The notes under the pieces were generated by a model. It saw nothing but the letters and a program-made list of their open reading frames with translations. It did no database searches and was not told where the DNA came from. From positions 32,054,001 to 32,118,000 of the forward strand of contig CAIIXF020000001.1 of the NCBI GenBank assembly GCA_903813345.2: a stretch of DNA of 64,000 nt, in the 5' to 3' direction. Source of the DNA: Owenia fusiformis. Taxonomy: Eukaryota. A program made the position numbers and the translations under genes. This document shows, one piece after another, positions 1-11,847 of this stretch (position 1 is the stretch's first letter; every line of letters begins with the position of its first letter).

Positions 1-72
1 CATCTTCAGCTTGGCTTCAACATGGAGCTTCTTACACTCATTCACCTTTGCTTCAAGTTTGTCTAGGTTAGG
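1..72 (-). CDS. CCNL1: Cyclin L exon 7 (partial, runs off window): PNLDKLEAKVNECKKLHVEAKLKM
   Basis: tattttag acceptor at 73-74, phase 0 matching the previous exon. Resembles the cyclin L segment after the cyclin box (PNYELLEKEVEKRK..EAKLK). Invertebrate gene, so likely a CCNL1/CCNL2 co-ortholog. Confidence 0.85.
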
Positions 73-548
73 CTAAAATATACAATACTTTTTATGTAGC
101 ATCAAAGTATCCAACAGGTAATACAGAGTATAAAATACAGGGGGACAGAAAAATGCGATCATCAATTTTGGAAAAACTTTTTCATAAACAATGGATATTC
201 TTGTAAAGTGAAGTGTTCAATGCATGAAGCAATGGTGTTCTTACATGGCATTAACAACATTGGGGTTAAGAGAGATTGTACACTTTTCATCTATCAATGC
301 TCTCATCCAAAATTGCAAGTTCATGAATCTGTTCTATAAAAGTGGGTTGTTAAGATTTAATATATTATTGATAATATGCAGTGTCTCCCCAGGATTTTTT
401 CTTAAGTGGGTGCAAAATTTTCATTTAACAATTAAAGTCCAAAATTGGTCAAAATATGCCCATTCAAACATGATTTTTGCCATTTCAAGTGCATGCAAAT
501 GAAATCTCAGGTGGGTGCAAGCCTATTTTCAAAATGTCAGATGGGTGC

Positions 549-680
549 TGCACTAAAATGGCCGCCTTTTTAAATGAGCGGCCATTTTGAAAATCGGCTT
601 TTGAGCAGAACTTCTACCCCTAAATATGAACAAAATCGGATCAACGGTATATCCCTCCGAACTTTGTTTGATGGGATAAT
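549..680 (+). mobile_element. 3' fragment of pearl/HINE (Helentron-like) element
   Basis: aaaatggccgcc..gagcggccattttgaaa core and terminal hairpin atccctccgaactttgtttgatgggataat, shared with the copy at 19378-19621. Confidence 0.7.
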
Positions 681-763
681 TAATTTTACCTTCCTTAATC
701 TAAGATAGCAGTCAACCATTAAGATTTGAAATTCTGAATAAAATTCAGTATACTTTAGATTAC

Positions 764-968
764 CTTTGAGCGGGCGTAGAGCCTGAGGATTGTAAGGCAA
801 ATCTCTGTTATATGGTGTTCCTCTTGGTTTAGTATAGAGAACCAAGGTGGATTGTAAGGAAGGGGAATCTGTAGCTGTCTAGCAGCCAGGTAAATGCAAG
901 CACATGCTATCGTCTCAGGATCATATTGCACAAAGACATCTGTTCGGAAACTATCATTCATGTAGTTC
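764..968 (-). CDS. CCNL1: Cyclin L exon 6: (W)[43 protein letters not shown]...RLYARSK
   Basis: Second cyclin fold motif; ag acceptor 969-970, gtaatc donor 762-763; phases consistent. Confidence 0.95.
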
Positions 969-2940
969 CTATAACAAAAGAGTATACATTTATCTTGCTC
1001 TTTAACTATCATTAATCTATCAATTTTTGAAGCATTATTTTTAAACCATAGTGCCTTATATCAATTTTCCATTTGAGATTCAATTTGAACTACTATGCAA
1101 AAATAAGTGCCGCCAAAGATTAATAGATTGATGTTTGATACAGTTTCAAAGTTTGAAAGTATTTTGTATACAGTACTTTATATGTAATGATTTCGAATAT
1201 AAAGGGCCCATATAACAAGTGAAAATCATAATTACCTTTTCAATCAATTCCACAGAACACCATATCTGGTCTTTGGACATTGGGTTAATCAAATCAAGAT
1301 TTTCGGATATACTCAAAAATGGAGAAAACAAATACATATGAAATTGTTCTGATAAACTTTTATATGGATTTTTATCAAAGGCAAAGGAAGATGGTTCAAA
1401 ATTAATGTGATTTTAGTCAATGTTCTTATATGAAGATGTATCAATATTTACTTGTATTTTTATGTTATTTAAATTGAATATATCAGAAGATCATGATTTC
1501 AATAAACCAATGTTTTCTCTAAAATAAAACGTTAACAGCAACTGATGCAGAATATATAGCAATAGTCTTACTGGTGGATTTTACTGTTATGTGTAGCTTA
1601 ACTCCATCTTTGGGTCCAGCCGGGATCTCTGTGGGCCACTAAAACACATGGATCTCACAGGAGATTAGCATTGGGACATTCTTGGCACAACTATGCAGAA
1701 TGTGTACTTTTTAACTTTTAAGTTATTGTCTTTACTTCAAAGTTCTTGAATATCAAACTGCTCCATGCAAAAGTTACTTTATAACATTGATGTTTGTTTA
1801 ATCCATTTCTAGCTTTCCAAAATCCTTATTTTTACAACTAGGATTAAAGCTAATAGTTTATCTATAAATAGATCTTATATTATGCTCTAATTAACACAAC
1901 CCAATGGCACTATGCCTTATTCTGGCAACCTAGATTGTATCCTCCACGCTGCTGCGAAGCTGGTGGCTTGCGAGTAGTGAGGGTGGAACATGTTAGGCTG
2001 AGGGGTCCCTTCTGCTCTTGGGTATTCCCGTTCAGCATCACACTAGCTTTCCAACCAAGTCCAGGGCAACAAAGTTGTCCACGCATACAGTTTGGTGCAC
2101 TTTCTTGCACATTTCTACCCTCCTAAGCTGGGGTAGAGAAAATAAAAATAACAAGTTAATATGGGCCCTTTACTGTACATTTAAGGAGATGGATATGAGA
2201 CGCTTTTCAACCCTAAGAGGAGAGTGCCATCAGGGTAACCTGTTTAGATGAACAATTTATTATTCAACAAGTGAACAAATTGCAGCAAATGCATTGATCC
2301 ACTCAACAGCATCCTGTGAATTTTCTGTTGCACCCTGCAAAAAGCACATTCCTAATTCAGAGTTGCAAAGCGCCCATCCAACCTTCAGCAACAAGACTTG
2401 CAGAATGTGTGAACTTGTAATCATTGCAATTCAGCCACCTACTTTTACAAAGTTTATGATATGAATACGATTCTTGGGAAAATAACAACTTCAAGCAATA
2501 AACAAATACATACAAATGAATCTTCATCTGTATCATACAATGGCAATGACATTTTACTAATAAGAACTTTGTATACTATCTAAATTCTATAATTTCACTC
2601 ACATTTACAAAATTGTACATGCATTAAGATAACAAAATATACAAGAATCATAAATACATGATCAAAAAATATTTAATGAGTAGGTGAATGAATTACTTAA
2701 TAATATAAAAATATGAATATATAGATTGCCCAGCAGAATTCATTATACAAAGAAACAATTTGTGCCTAATCGTTAATGCTTTTAAGCAAGTTGTGTTAAG
2801 TCAATTGGTTGTAAGGATGTCATACAATTCTGCAAGCTTGTGTTAAAAAATAGTATACCATTATGCTACATAACTCTAGATAGACAACGGATCTTTATAT
2901 GAGAATAAGTTATTAAAATGAGTTACTAAGTGAAACTTAC

Positions 2941-3005
2941 CATGCACACTGCACCAGCTTCACGTTGGATTCACAATCCAATACTTGGAGGTACATTACA
3001 ATCAC
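2941..3005 (-). CDS. CCNL1: Cyclin L exon 5: VIVMYLQVLDCESNVKLVQCA(W)
   Basis: tctctccag acceptor, gtaagt donor, 65 nt, cyclin L sequence. Confidence 0.93.
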
Positions 3006-3690
3006 CTGGAGAGAAAAAGTACAAGTTAATCCATGTTTGAGTGTTCAATGTCTGCATACTCTACCAAGGTGTTTAATACAACCATCATAGTTGCTAAATT
3101 AGCCTGAAACCAGCACACTGGTGCCATCTTTACAAGGCTTGTATGGATACACAACACAAGCCACATCACTATAATATGAAAAAAATATAACTTTTATAAA
3201 ATAGAGAAAATGGATTAGTTGAGACATTCAGTACACAAAAATGAACCCATGTGTATCTTCAAACCTCATAGCTTGAATTTTTGCTACATTTATTTTTTTA
3301 TGATATTTATTATTTATAAACCAGACCTTGGACATGGGTATTGCAACTCAAGGATTTCACTGAAAGTGGGTTGAGCTACACAGGGATTGTCCAACATACT
3401 GGTAGCCCTTTTATATATAGTTTTGTTTGGGTGAGGCATAGTTTTCTGCTAATCAATAAAATACTTGGCCAGCTAACTTGCTCATTTTTAAAGATTGAAA
3501 ATGAATGACAAGATAACCTGAAAGATGTTTAAGTATACTTTTTGCCAATCTTCAATAATTCATTATACGAGCAAGAAACAATGTAGCATATTCACAAATG
3601 CCTTCCCCAACTAATATAAATGAGCTACATAGTTGGAACTGAGGAATCAATGAGGTGGGAAGAGCACATGGGTAAATAATATGTTCTCAC

Positions 3691-3811
3691 CTTATGTGGA
3701 TGTTTCACATGGACACAGAATCCAAGTTCCTTGAGAAGACGTCTTTCAGATTTGATCACCTGGTTTTTCAAGTTGATATAGTTCTGATCTAGAATTAAGG
3801 GTTGAATATTC
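3691..3811 (-). CDS. CCNL1: Cyclin L exon 4: [40 protein letters not shown]
   Basis: Hallmark [13 protein letters not shown] motif; ttgcag acceptor, gtgaga donor. Confidence 0.97.
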
Positions 3812-4113
3812 CTGCAAAACAATATTAAATCATGAGGGACTAGACATGAAGGTGATATTAAACTTATGTTTATTATCTATCTCTCGCTTTAATTTCAGTT
3901 AAGATGTGTATGGTTAGGTGATCTGATTAAAAGGAATAAACAAGTTTCATACATAATAGATAGGAGAATGTAACTAACTGAGATCACATTGAAACTGACC
4001 AATGCTTATGTTGTAAAATATGATTAATAGTGGTATAATGAGTGACTCGAGTGACTCTGTCTAACAATAACAAAACAAAAAATAAAATATTACAGGATGT
4101 AAGGCACATGCGT

Positions 4114-4335
4114 CAGGGCTCTCGCCAGACTTTTAGACTGTGGCGTGGCACCACACTCTATTTAGCTCCCTCTACACCCTATTAGCAAATCATGACTGTT
4201 TCCACAGTCTAAACTTGACTGAATAGCATGTAAAAAGGATAAAACATAACATAAATATGATTTATCACGATTGAATGGTCATTCTGAAGATGTTAGCACC
4301 ACACTCTTAATATTTCCTGGTGAGAGCCCGCCCTG
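4114..4335. mobile_element. Short MITE with cagggctctcgccag-type TIRs
   Basis: cagggctctcgccag ... ctggtgagagcccgccctg inverted ends, flanked by tgcgt on both sides. Confidence 0.45.
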
Positions 4336-4633
4336 TGCGTAGTGACTTGTTTTGTAAAGTAGATCAAATCAATTTAAAAACTTTGTTTTCACTCATTCAT
4401 CAGTAAATAACATGTTTTGCCGACATTTTCTGACAGCCATGTCAGGAGAATGATATGCAACATTGAAGAATAACTTACATGAAAAGTATTGTCTCAAGAT
4501 GATCAGTGAAAAGCATTATAACTTGCTGAGGAATAAAAATTTGTTTTAGTTCCAGTTTCGATTTAGCAGTTATCAATTTAACCATGATTAACTCGCGAGT
4601 GAATGCCTTCCAACTCAACTCAACCAAACTAAC

Positions 4634-4743
4634 CTGCCCTCTCTAACTTGTTTGACATGATGAAATACATTAATAACATCTCGGATCCTTCTTGGAGATT
4701 CTTCAATTTTTGAAGCAAGGTTTATGCATGCCATTGCCACAAC
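4634..4743 (-). CDS. CCNL1: Cyclin L exon 3: [36 protein letters not shown](R)
   Basis: Cyclin box [17 protein letters not shown]; canonical splice sites; 110 nt. Confidence 0.97.
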
Positions 4744-5770
4744 CTATAAAATCAGAATGATTCATTTAATATATAACAATTTGTGTTCACACAACAATAA
4801 CTTTCAAACCAAATCAGATTGAACTTTCTCAATGAAATTAGATCCCCTTCAATTCATTTCTTATCACTCTCCCTAGTTTTCTACAAGTTGAAATCTGTAA
4901 GAGAAATAAGTCAATTCTGCAAGGAAAAAAAAGGCCAGTTCTGTGGCATTTCTCCACATTTTTAATAATAGCAACCTTTTTTGGATTTTCTACTGTGATC
5001 TACTACTATTTGACAGAAAAGGCACAAGGGCCAGCAAACAAATTTGCAGCTAGCAAATGTCAAGGGAGTGCAATTTTTTAGGTTTGCATCACTGTAAGAG
5101 AAGCGAGCTTCAAAAAGGGGTACAAGGATTCACAACCGGAAGTTTTTTAAATTACATCGTATATGGTGCATTCTAAGCATTTCAAACTATAATTACAAAT
5201 TTGCCTTTTTCTTTTTTATTTGGGGAGGTGCGATTGCACCCATTACCCCCCCCCCCAGCTACACCCATGAGGCAGAACATCCTATCACTGTCTGCATACA
5301 TATCATTTGGGAACCTTTTCACCCTATCTTTTGAATGTTGTGTGGCTACTTTTACCATGGGATCATTTTGACCATAGCCAATAATTCTTATTTCCAGGAT
5401 CGGCCATCTTGGACTTAGATCTCGCCTATCTAAGATTTAGATTTATTTCAATAGGAAGTTTAAATCAATGGGAAGTTGAATTAAGTATTCAGAACATTTG
5501 TCGGAACAGAGTGACTGCGTGTATTAGATTAAAATAATTTGATCATCAAGGTCTATTTGGTAGCGAAAAGCTCTTCAAAACTCTTCAAAGAGAAGGAGTA
5601 AAAAGAATGAACCTCTTTTGATACAAGATATTGAAAGAAATTCAAGGGCCAGAAGTTGTGAAAGGGTAAAATGTTCTTGTTCCGGAACCGAAATTCTTAT
5701 TTTTTGTTCTGTGTTCCATTCCGAAGGCATAATTCCGCAGATCGCAACTAAATCGGGTATCCGTGACACC

Positions 5771-6344
5771 TAGAGCTGGCATCGAATAGGATTTTAATGT
5801 CGACATGTCGGAGCTCTCAATCGACAACGCTATTGACATTGTCAGGTCCAATGATATTCGAAAAATGAAAAAAAAATTTGAAGAAAATCAGTCTGAATTT
5901 TAGATTTTCTAGGCTTGTAATTAGCAATACGATGCACAATAGTCATCCTCAGTTGTATGTTTTATATTTAACTTACAGGTAAACCATGTTCAAGTATCAG
6001 ACTTTGACGAAAAAGCAATAAATAGACATAAAACTACGATTTCTGTTGTTATTTACGGGCAGCCATTGAAAATAAATCTCGAGGGTAAATCTCGAGGGGC
6101 CCCGAGACCTAATTCGAGAGCAGGAAGTCGATCAAAACAAAAAAGAAAATTTGAAAATGTAGTCGGTAAAACTTCCATTAAGTACACCATACAGCAGGTA
6201 GTAACAAGGATTTTAATTCATACGGGGAAATAGCTTATTATGTTGTGAGTTCCGACTGTCGATCAAGAGGCGCTGTGTCGCCATGGTTGTCACAGAGAGC
6301 ATTCGACTGACAATTGACCATTCCGACATTTGATGCCAGCTCTA
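5771..6344. mobile_element. hAT-type MITE
   Basis: TIRs tagagctggcatc / gatgccagctcta; perfect 8-bp TSD gtgacacc (5763-5770, 6345-6352). Confidence 0.85.
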
Positions 6345-6678
6345 GTGACACCTCTACCTACTATGGATTGGACACGCATTTGACTTCAAAAAATAAGGCA
6401 AGTACATATTTTTGTAAGTAGACCAAAAATTAATGATTCAATTAAGGCATTTAATTCTAAAAATTGATTTTTTGACCGTCGGACAGGAAGGTGTTTAGAG
6501 CATAATGAAGTCCTACAAAAGACTTGTTTTGTATGTAAAAAACGACAAAAATCAGCGACAGAAGGAAACATCCCTGTGGTCAAATAGATCCACAACAAAT
6601 CAATCTCATGTAGCCAAACCTCAAAAAAGAAGCAACTAAAAAAAGGCCTATGTTAGTAACGTCTCATCAACTTACCAC

Positions 6679-8230
6679 TTACTTCCTGCGAAAGCTATGT
6701 GGATTTTGATATAATAGCTTTCCAACGGCGCACTTGGACAGCTGAATAATAGTGACCTTTAAAACATGAATAATGAAATCCGCGGCTTACTTTTGGTCTA
6801 ACTATGTCTTACATCAGTATCATCAATCCGTGCAAGTATTGGAGCGCTAAAATACTTCTTTTTCGATCAAGACTTGTAAATTGTTCATCGAGTGAATGTT
6901 TTTTCGACCCATTTCCAATATGGCGGTTTGATAAAGATAAAACACTTATTCTCGGGATAAGTTCAAATGGTGAAAATAACGAAATAATAAAATGTTACCT
7001 TATGTCTACTTAGCAGTTTGTTCTATGTCATTGTCATCCCTCCTGCAAGGTTACATTGTGGAACTCAGCCAAACACGACACTGGAGCAAGCGTTTCAAAA
7101 TATTTACTACCGTTTTCTTTGAAGACATGGTTGGGTGACACATCATTATCGATACAGTAACTAGTCACTAGTGGAGCAACGATTGACTCGTGGACTCGAA
7201 TACTACTCGCCAAACCCTGTAAATACGATTCATCGATTGGTAAATTCTGACTCGAATTGAAAAAAAAATGAAAAAATGATGAAGAAAATGTGATTTACCC
7301 ACCTTTCAACCGCAATTTACGTAAAAAAAAACACATCCAATGTACAACATTTCTGTACAATGTTTAGCAATGATGCCTTCCTTAATATATAGCATTGTAG
7401 TTTGATACCTTAACTGAAATAATAAATCAAATACGATAGGCTTTCTCGTGTTTGTTTTTATTTATTGATTACATCCGGTTGCGCATGTGCAATGCAATAT
7501 TTAACGAGGTCAAACCAATTAGCGTAAATTGCTAAATTATTTACTTTTCAATGCAAAACAAGAACATATAAAGTGTATTGAGTTATTCTATTTGAATAAT
7601 TTGATGGGTATGTTGGAGTTATTCAAGGTAGGTTGAGCCGAGAACACTTGAAAACATTGCTACCGGAAGTGAAAGTTTGTAACTTTCCGAAGAAAGTTTT
7701 TCTGAACTTTTTTTCCAAAATCATACATTTAAATCGCGAATAAATCGAGTGTTCAAGAGCCTCTACTCGAGTAGGATAATTCACACGAGTCCCACCACTA
7801 CTAGTCACGTGATCAGACACGTGTTACGCGATCAGTCACGTTGCAAAATGGACGATCTAAATTTCCCAAAATTCTGCTAAGATCAATATCGACATGTTGT
7901 TGGCTTCATTGTCGTGTTTGGCTGCGTTCCACAATGTAACCTAGCAGGAGGGATGACATAGAACAAACTGCTAAGTAGACACACGGTAACATTTCATTAT
8001 TTCGTTATTTTTACCATATGAACTTATCTTTAGAAGCGAGATAAGCAATGAACGAAATGAATTTTGAGAATGAGTAGGTTCGGACAACCTCCGGAGATTT
8101 ACGAAAAAGTCCGAGCAGAAAACACAGAAAATTCGTGTTTCAAAGGTCACTATTATTCAGCTATCCATTTCTCCGTTTGAGAGCCATAAGTTTCAAAATC
8201 TAGCTAATACATGGCTCTCGAAGTGAGTAA
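6679..8230. mobile_element. Non-autonomous TIR DNA transposon (TTA..TAA termini, 8-bp TSD)
   Basis: Imperfect TIRs ttacttcctgcgaaagctatg / rc ttactcacttcgagagccatg; TSD cttaccac (6671-6678, 8231-8238); shorter family member at 52440-53023. Confidence 0.85.
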
Positions 8231-8235
8231 CTTAC

Positions 8236-8310
8236 CACCATATTGTGTTTGACAAAGGACTTGGAATAGTAGAACCGCTGGAACAGAACTTGTCCCGTGG
8301 CCATCGCTAC
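8236..8310 (-). CDS. CCNL1: Cyclin L exon 2: [25 protein letters not shown]
   Basis: Conserved [13 protein letters not shown] motif; ttttag acceptor, gtaagt donor; 75 nt. Confidence 0.96.
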
Positions 8311-8427
8311 CTAAAATACAGAAACACATTATTTATTGATTGAAGATACTAAATGCAATATTTAATATATTTCAAATAATGTGAAGAGGGTGTACAAACT
8401 GGACAAAAATTCGAATTTTTTACGAAC

Positions 8428-8631
8428 CTGCGGAAGTTTGAGCAATATTCCTGAAGTCTGAATTAGTTCACATCCTACGATTCGCAAATCAATTTCGGTG
8501 TCCTTGTCTAATCCATCAGACATCGAAGGAGTAGGTGACAACTTATCTGGGGGTATAAGAACGTTATCTAGTGTCAAAATAACTTTTGAAAAGTCACGAA
8601 CCATAGTTCCTCCTTTTTCAAGATCCGCCAT
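8428..8631 (-). CDS. CCNL1: Cyclin L exon 1: MADLEKGG...TLDNVLIPPDKLSPTPSMSDGLDKDTEIDLRIVGCELIQTSGILLKLPQ
   Basis: Cyclin L N-terminal motif (SPTPSM.DGLD..TE.DLR..GCELIQ.AGILL.LPQ); ATG in good context aagATGg; donor gttcgt. Confidence 0.95.
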
Positions 8632-8665
8632 CTTTGTCGTTCTTGGCACGATACAATCACGTGAT
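8625..8665 (-). promoter_or_regulatory. Putative cyclin L proximal promoter motifs (YY1-like AAGATGGCGG over the ATG; palindromic E-box ATCACGTGAT)
   Basis: Motif match only: ccgccatctt at 8625-8634 and atcacgtgat at 8656-8665. Confidence 0.35.
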
Positions 8666-9178
8666 CCTATATATCACTCCGCTGTTTAGAACTATATCTA
8701 ATTATTCTAACTTGTGACTTGCAATATTATAACATATAAAATGTAATGAATGTAAAAACGTAAGATATTATGAGAATCTGTATTACATAGTAAACTTATG
8801 TTGTTTATATTTTAGTGTTACTCTTTTTCTCGGAAGTTCAAAACTGCAGTGATTAGCCTAAGTGTACCTTTTTTCGTTCAGTGCAAATCAATTTCAGTAG
8901 TTTCATAGAAGAAAAAAACACATTCTCATGGGCATTCAATAGAAGTGTATTCAACTCTGTGTTATTACATGAGAACTTCAAAATGAGCGGTGGCATGCTT
9001 CCCTTTATTGGTAGTATTTCAAAAATAAAGTATACTGTATAGAAAAACAAGGGGAGATCTTTACTAGATCTAGTCTAAACACAGATGGCTCAAAAGCCAA
9101 AAAGACTTCTCTCAGTAAGGTGATCTCCAAATCTTCAAGATTCTCAAAGATAACTACCGAATACAAATCAGCACATGC

Positions 9179-9636
9179 TATCTATTGCAAGACTTATGCC
9201 TGACACAACCGTCACCATGTTATTCAGTGTTTTATTTGCAAGGATTCTGCCATGACCGTGTTATTGTTATCGTGAAAGCCTGGTATAACCGTGACAATTG
9301 CTGTATATGATATTGCAAGGCCTGTCCTGACTGTGGTAATGTTAAAGTCTTATATGACTGTCAGTATAGCATTGTCACGGTCATATCAGGCTTTAACATT
9401 ACCAAGGTCATGACAGGCCATGAAATATATAATCTAGCATTGTCACGGTCATACCAGGCTATCACGATAACACTACCACGGTCATGGCAGGATCCTTGCG
9501 AAACTTAAAAACACTATAATAACATGGTGACGGTTGTACCACAGGGGTTTACGGAAAAGACCGACCCCACCGACCACCGACCGGTCGGTGTTTTCCATAG
9601 GTAGCCTCAAAACAGGGCATAAGTCTTGCAACAGAT
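9179..9636. mobile_element. Foldback MITE with internal subrepeats
   Basis: atctattgcaagacttatgcc ... ggcataagtcttgcaacagat TIRs; internal inverted ccgtgacaa/ttgtcacgg subrepeats. Confidence 0.7.
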
Positions 9637-10930
9637 AGGGTCTCCAAATCAGTGACATCGCCCAGAAGTCAGATAATACCAGGACAAGAGAAAATACAGA
9701 AAAATTAAATTATAGATATAGCAGACTTGATGTGAGAAAAAATGTTCTTGGCAACAGAATTGTAACACCTGGAACAGTCTACCCCAGTCTGCCATTGATG
9801 TGGAAGGTACAGCTGTATCAACTTACTCGAGTCTCTAGCCAACTCAGTGGCCATAGCTAGAATATGGTAAGTATCAACCAGTTCAAGAATGAAATAGACA
9901 GACATTTAGCCAGCCAGATGTACCACTACCATAGCTGATTCTCTAAACCCATGTCTGGTGAGCATTATAACAACTACCAACTACTTATAATAAGACACAA
10001 CACAAAAAGATGGATCATATAGGAAACATCCTTCTTCCAGAACTATTGGTATAGAAGGTATAAAGGTAGCATTATCTTGAAGAAAAATCAATTTTGAATT
10101 TGATTAAAACATGAAACATGATTAATCTCATTTAAAAGTAAACAACAAAGGCCAATAAACATGGGCGTAGGGCTATATTTTTTAGTTGGTATGCACACTC
10201 TGGGATGCCTGATTGCGTGGCCAAAGGCCGCGCATCGCAGGGGGTCCGGCATCAATAAATTCGCAAATAAATTAATGCATTTTAACACATTTTTAATTTT
10301 TCAAATTCATTTGGTATGCCAGAGTGTGCGTATTTTGCATGGTGAATCAAAAATCAAAATGTTCTCTTTGAGTTTTGCATTGTGGGTAACAAAGGCCAAG
10401 GGAAAAGTATAGCCGATTTATAGCCAAATGATAATCTTCGACATGACTTGTTTGTAAGTTTAAATTGAGAAAACAAAAAGGTCGTATATAGGAGGTTCAT
10501 CCATTTTGTTACATTGATGTTCCGTCAAAGTAACTAGTTGTGGAACAGTGATTTACGGGGTATACTTTTCATACCAATAATTACTGTTAGTCTAGGCTAC
10601 CAGGTGCCTGGACCAGGTGCACAAAAATGTCAGGAACACAGAGATATAAAATGTATACTGTAATTTCTGTTAGAATAATTGTAAATGATATTATATTTTT
10701 GTAATTTTTAATCATGTATTGTATATATGCTATTTAAAAATGGAACACACAGATGTATTGAAAGCTGGATAACATTGCTTACTCCTTTCAAGCCAATTTA
10801 CACTTTGGTTGATGTTTCAAAGCAATGTTTCAATGGGCTTTCAACTAGACCCATGTTCAAAGTCACGAAATTATGAAACATGGCAGTTGACCATTTAGCA
10901 CTATTTATTTTGATTCCAGACATTTGCTGA

Positions 10931-11812
10931 ATGGCGGAGAGAAGTATGTCTCGAGATCAATCAGGCCAACATGCTTCACCCATGGGGCATGTTGTACATC
11001 AACCTAGATGTAGTGTACAGACCCCTCAAATATCAATAGTTCCTGTGTCTGATGATACAAGGAAAATGAGACGTGTTGGTTGGGCACATGATTCAGCTCG
11101 ACGCTGCTCCTATATACAGATGGGTATAGGAACATTTTGCTTTGTTCTCCAGCTCATTGGCTCTGTAATTGGAATAGGCGGTGCTGAGTACTATACAGGC
11201 ATATGGGCAGGCCTGTTTTATATCTTCACCGGACTGCTTGGGTACTTTGCTGCCAAAATTAAAAACACCCCACGGATTGTTTGCTACATGGCATTCAATT
11301 ATACCATTTTAATAATAATCTTCATAGCTACTTTGACATTTACCACAATAGCTATCAACAGAGATTATGCTATAAAAAAACCATTGCGTGTATTTAACAT
11401 TATTCTTCTGACTAATCACATAGTAATGGCTTTTGTTGCTCTGATTGCATCCAGCTTATCATGTCATGGAGCTTGTTGCCTAGAAGGCTGCTGTAGTTGC
11501 ACATGTTTGGATACTGACGCAGTGCCAACATATGTAGCTGAGCCAGTTCTGCAACAGAAAGTGATATACATACCAGTAGCTGTCACACAGGAGAACCCTG
11601 GATCTCCTGAAGGAGCACAAGCATTGCCACCAGGAGCACAATACACTACCCAGAGTGTTCCTGCACATAATGTGCAATATCCAACACAAGGTGCAAGACT
11701 CCCACAAGAGACATATCCTGTAGAGGTGAACCTGTCAGCTCCATCGCTTTCTAATATAGAACCACCTCCATCATATGACACAGTTGCTATGGAGATACTT
11801 CAGGAAAGTTAA
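10931..11812 (+). CDS. MS4A/CD20-like four-transmembrane protein, 293 aa, single coding exon
   Basis: Four hydrophobic helices, including GIWAGLFYIFTGLLG (CD20-family-like TM2); Cys cluster after TM4; P/Q/Y-rich tail with PPSY motif; ttccag acceptor 11 nt upstream of the ATG implies a non-coding 5' exon. Confidence 0.85.
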   Translation: MAERSMSRDQSGQHASPMGHVVHQPRCSVQTPQISIVPVSDDTRKMRRVGWAHDSARRCSYIQMGIGTFCFVLQLIGSVIGIGGAEYYTGIWAGLFYIFTGLLGYFAAKIKNTPRIVCYMAFNYTILIIIFIATLTFTTIAINRDYAIKKPLRVFNIILLTNHIVMAFVALIASSLSCHGACCLEGCCSCTCLDTDAVPTYVAEPVLQQKVIYIPVAVTQENPGSPEGAQALPPGAQYTTQSVPAHNVQYPTQGARLPQETYPVEVNLSAPSLSNIEPPPSYDTVAMEILQES

Positions 11813-11847
11813 ATGCACTGAAGACTTCTTGCAAATGACCTATATTT

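Noticed and set aside
11464..11781. Minus-strand ORFs over the MS4A-like gene
   Set aside because: Antisense shadows of the real plus-strand CDS.
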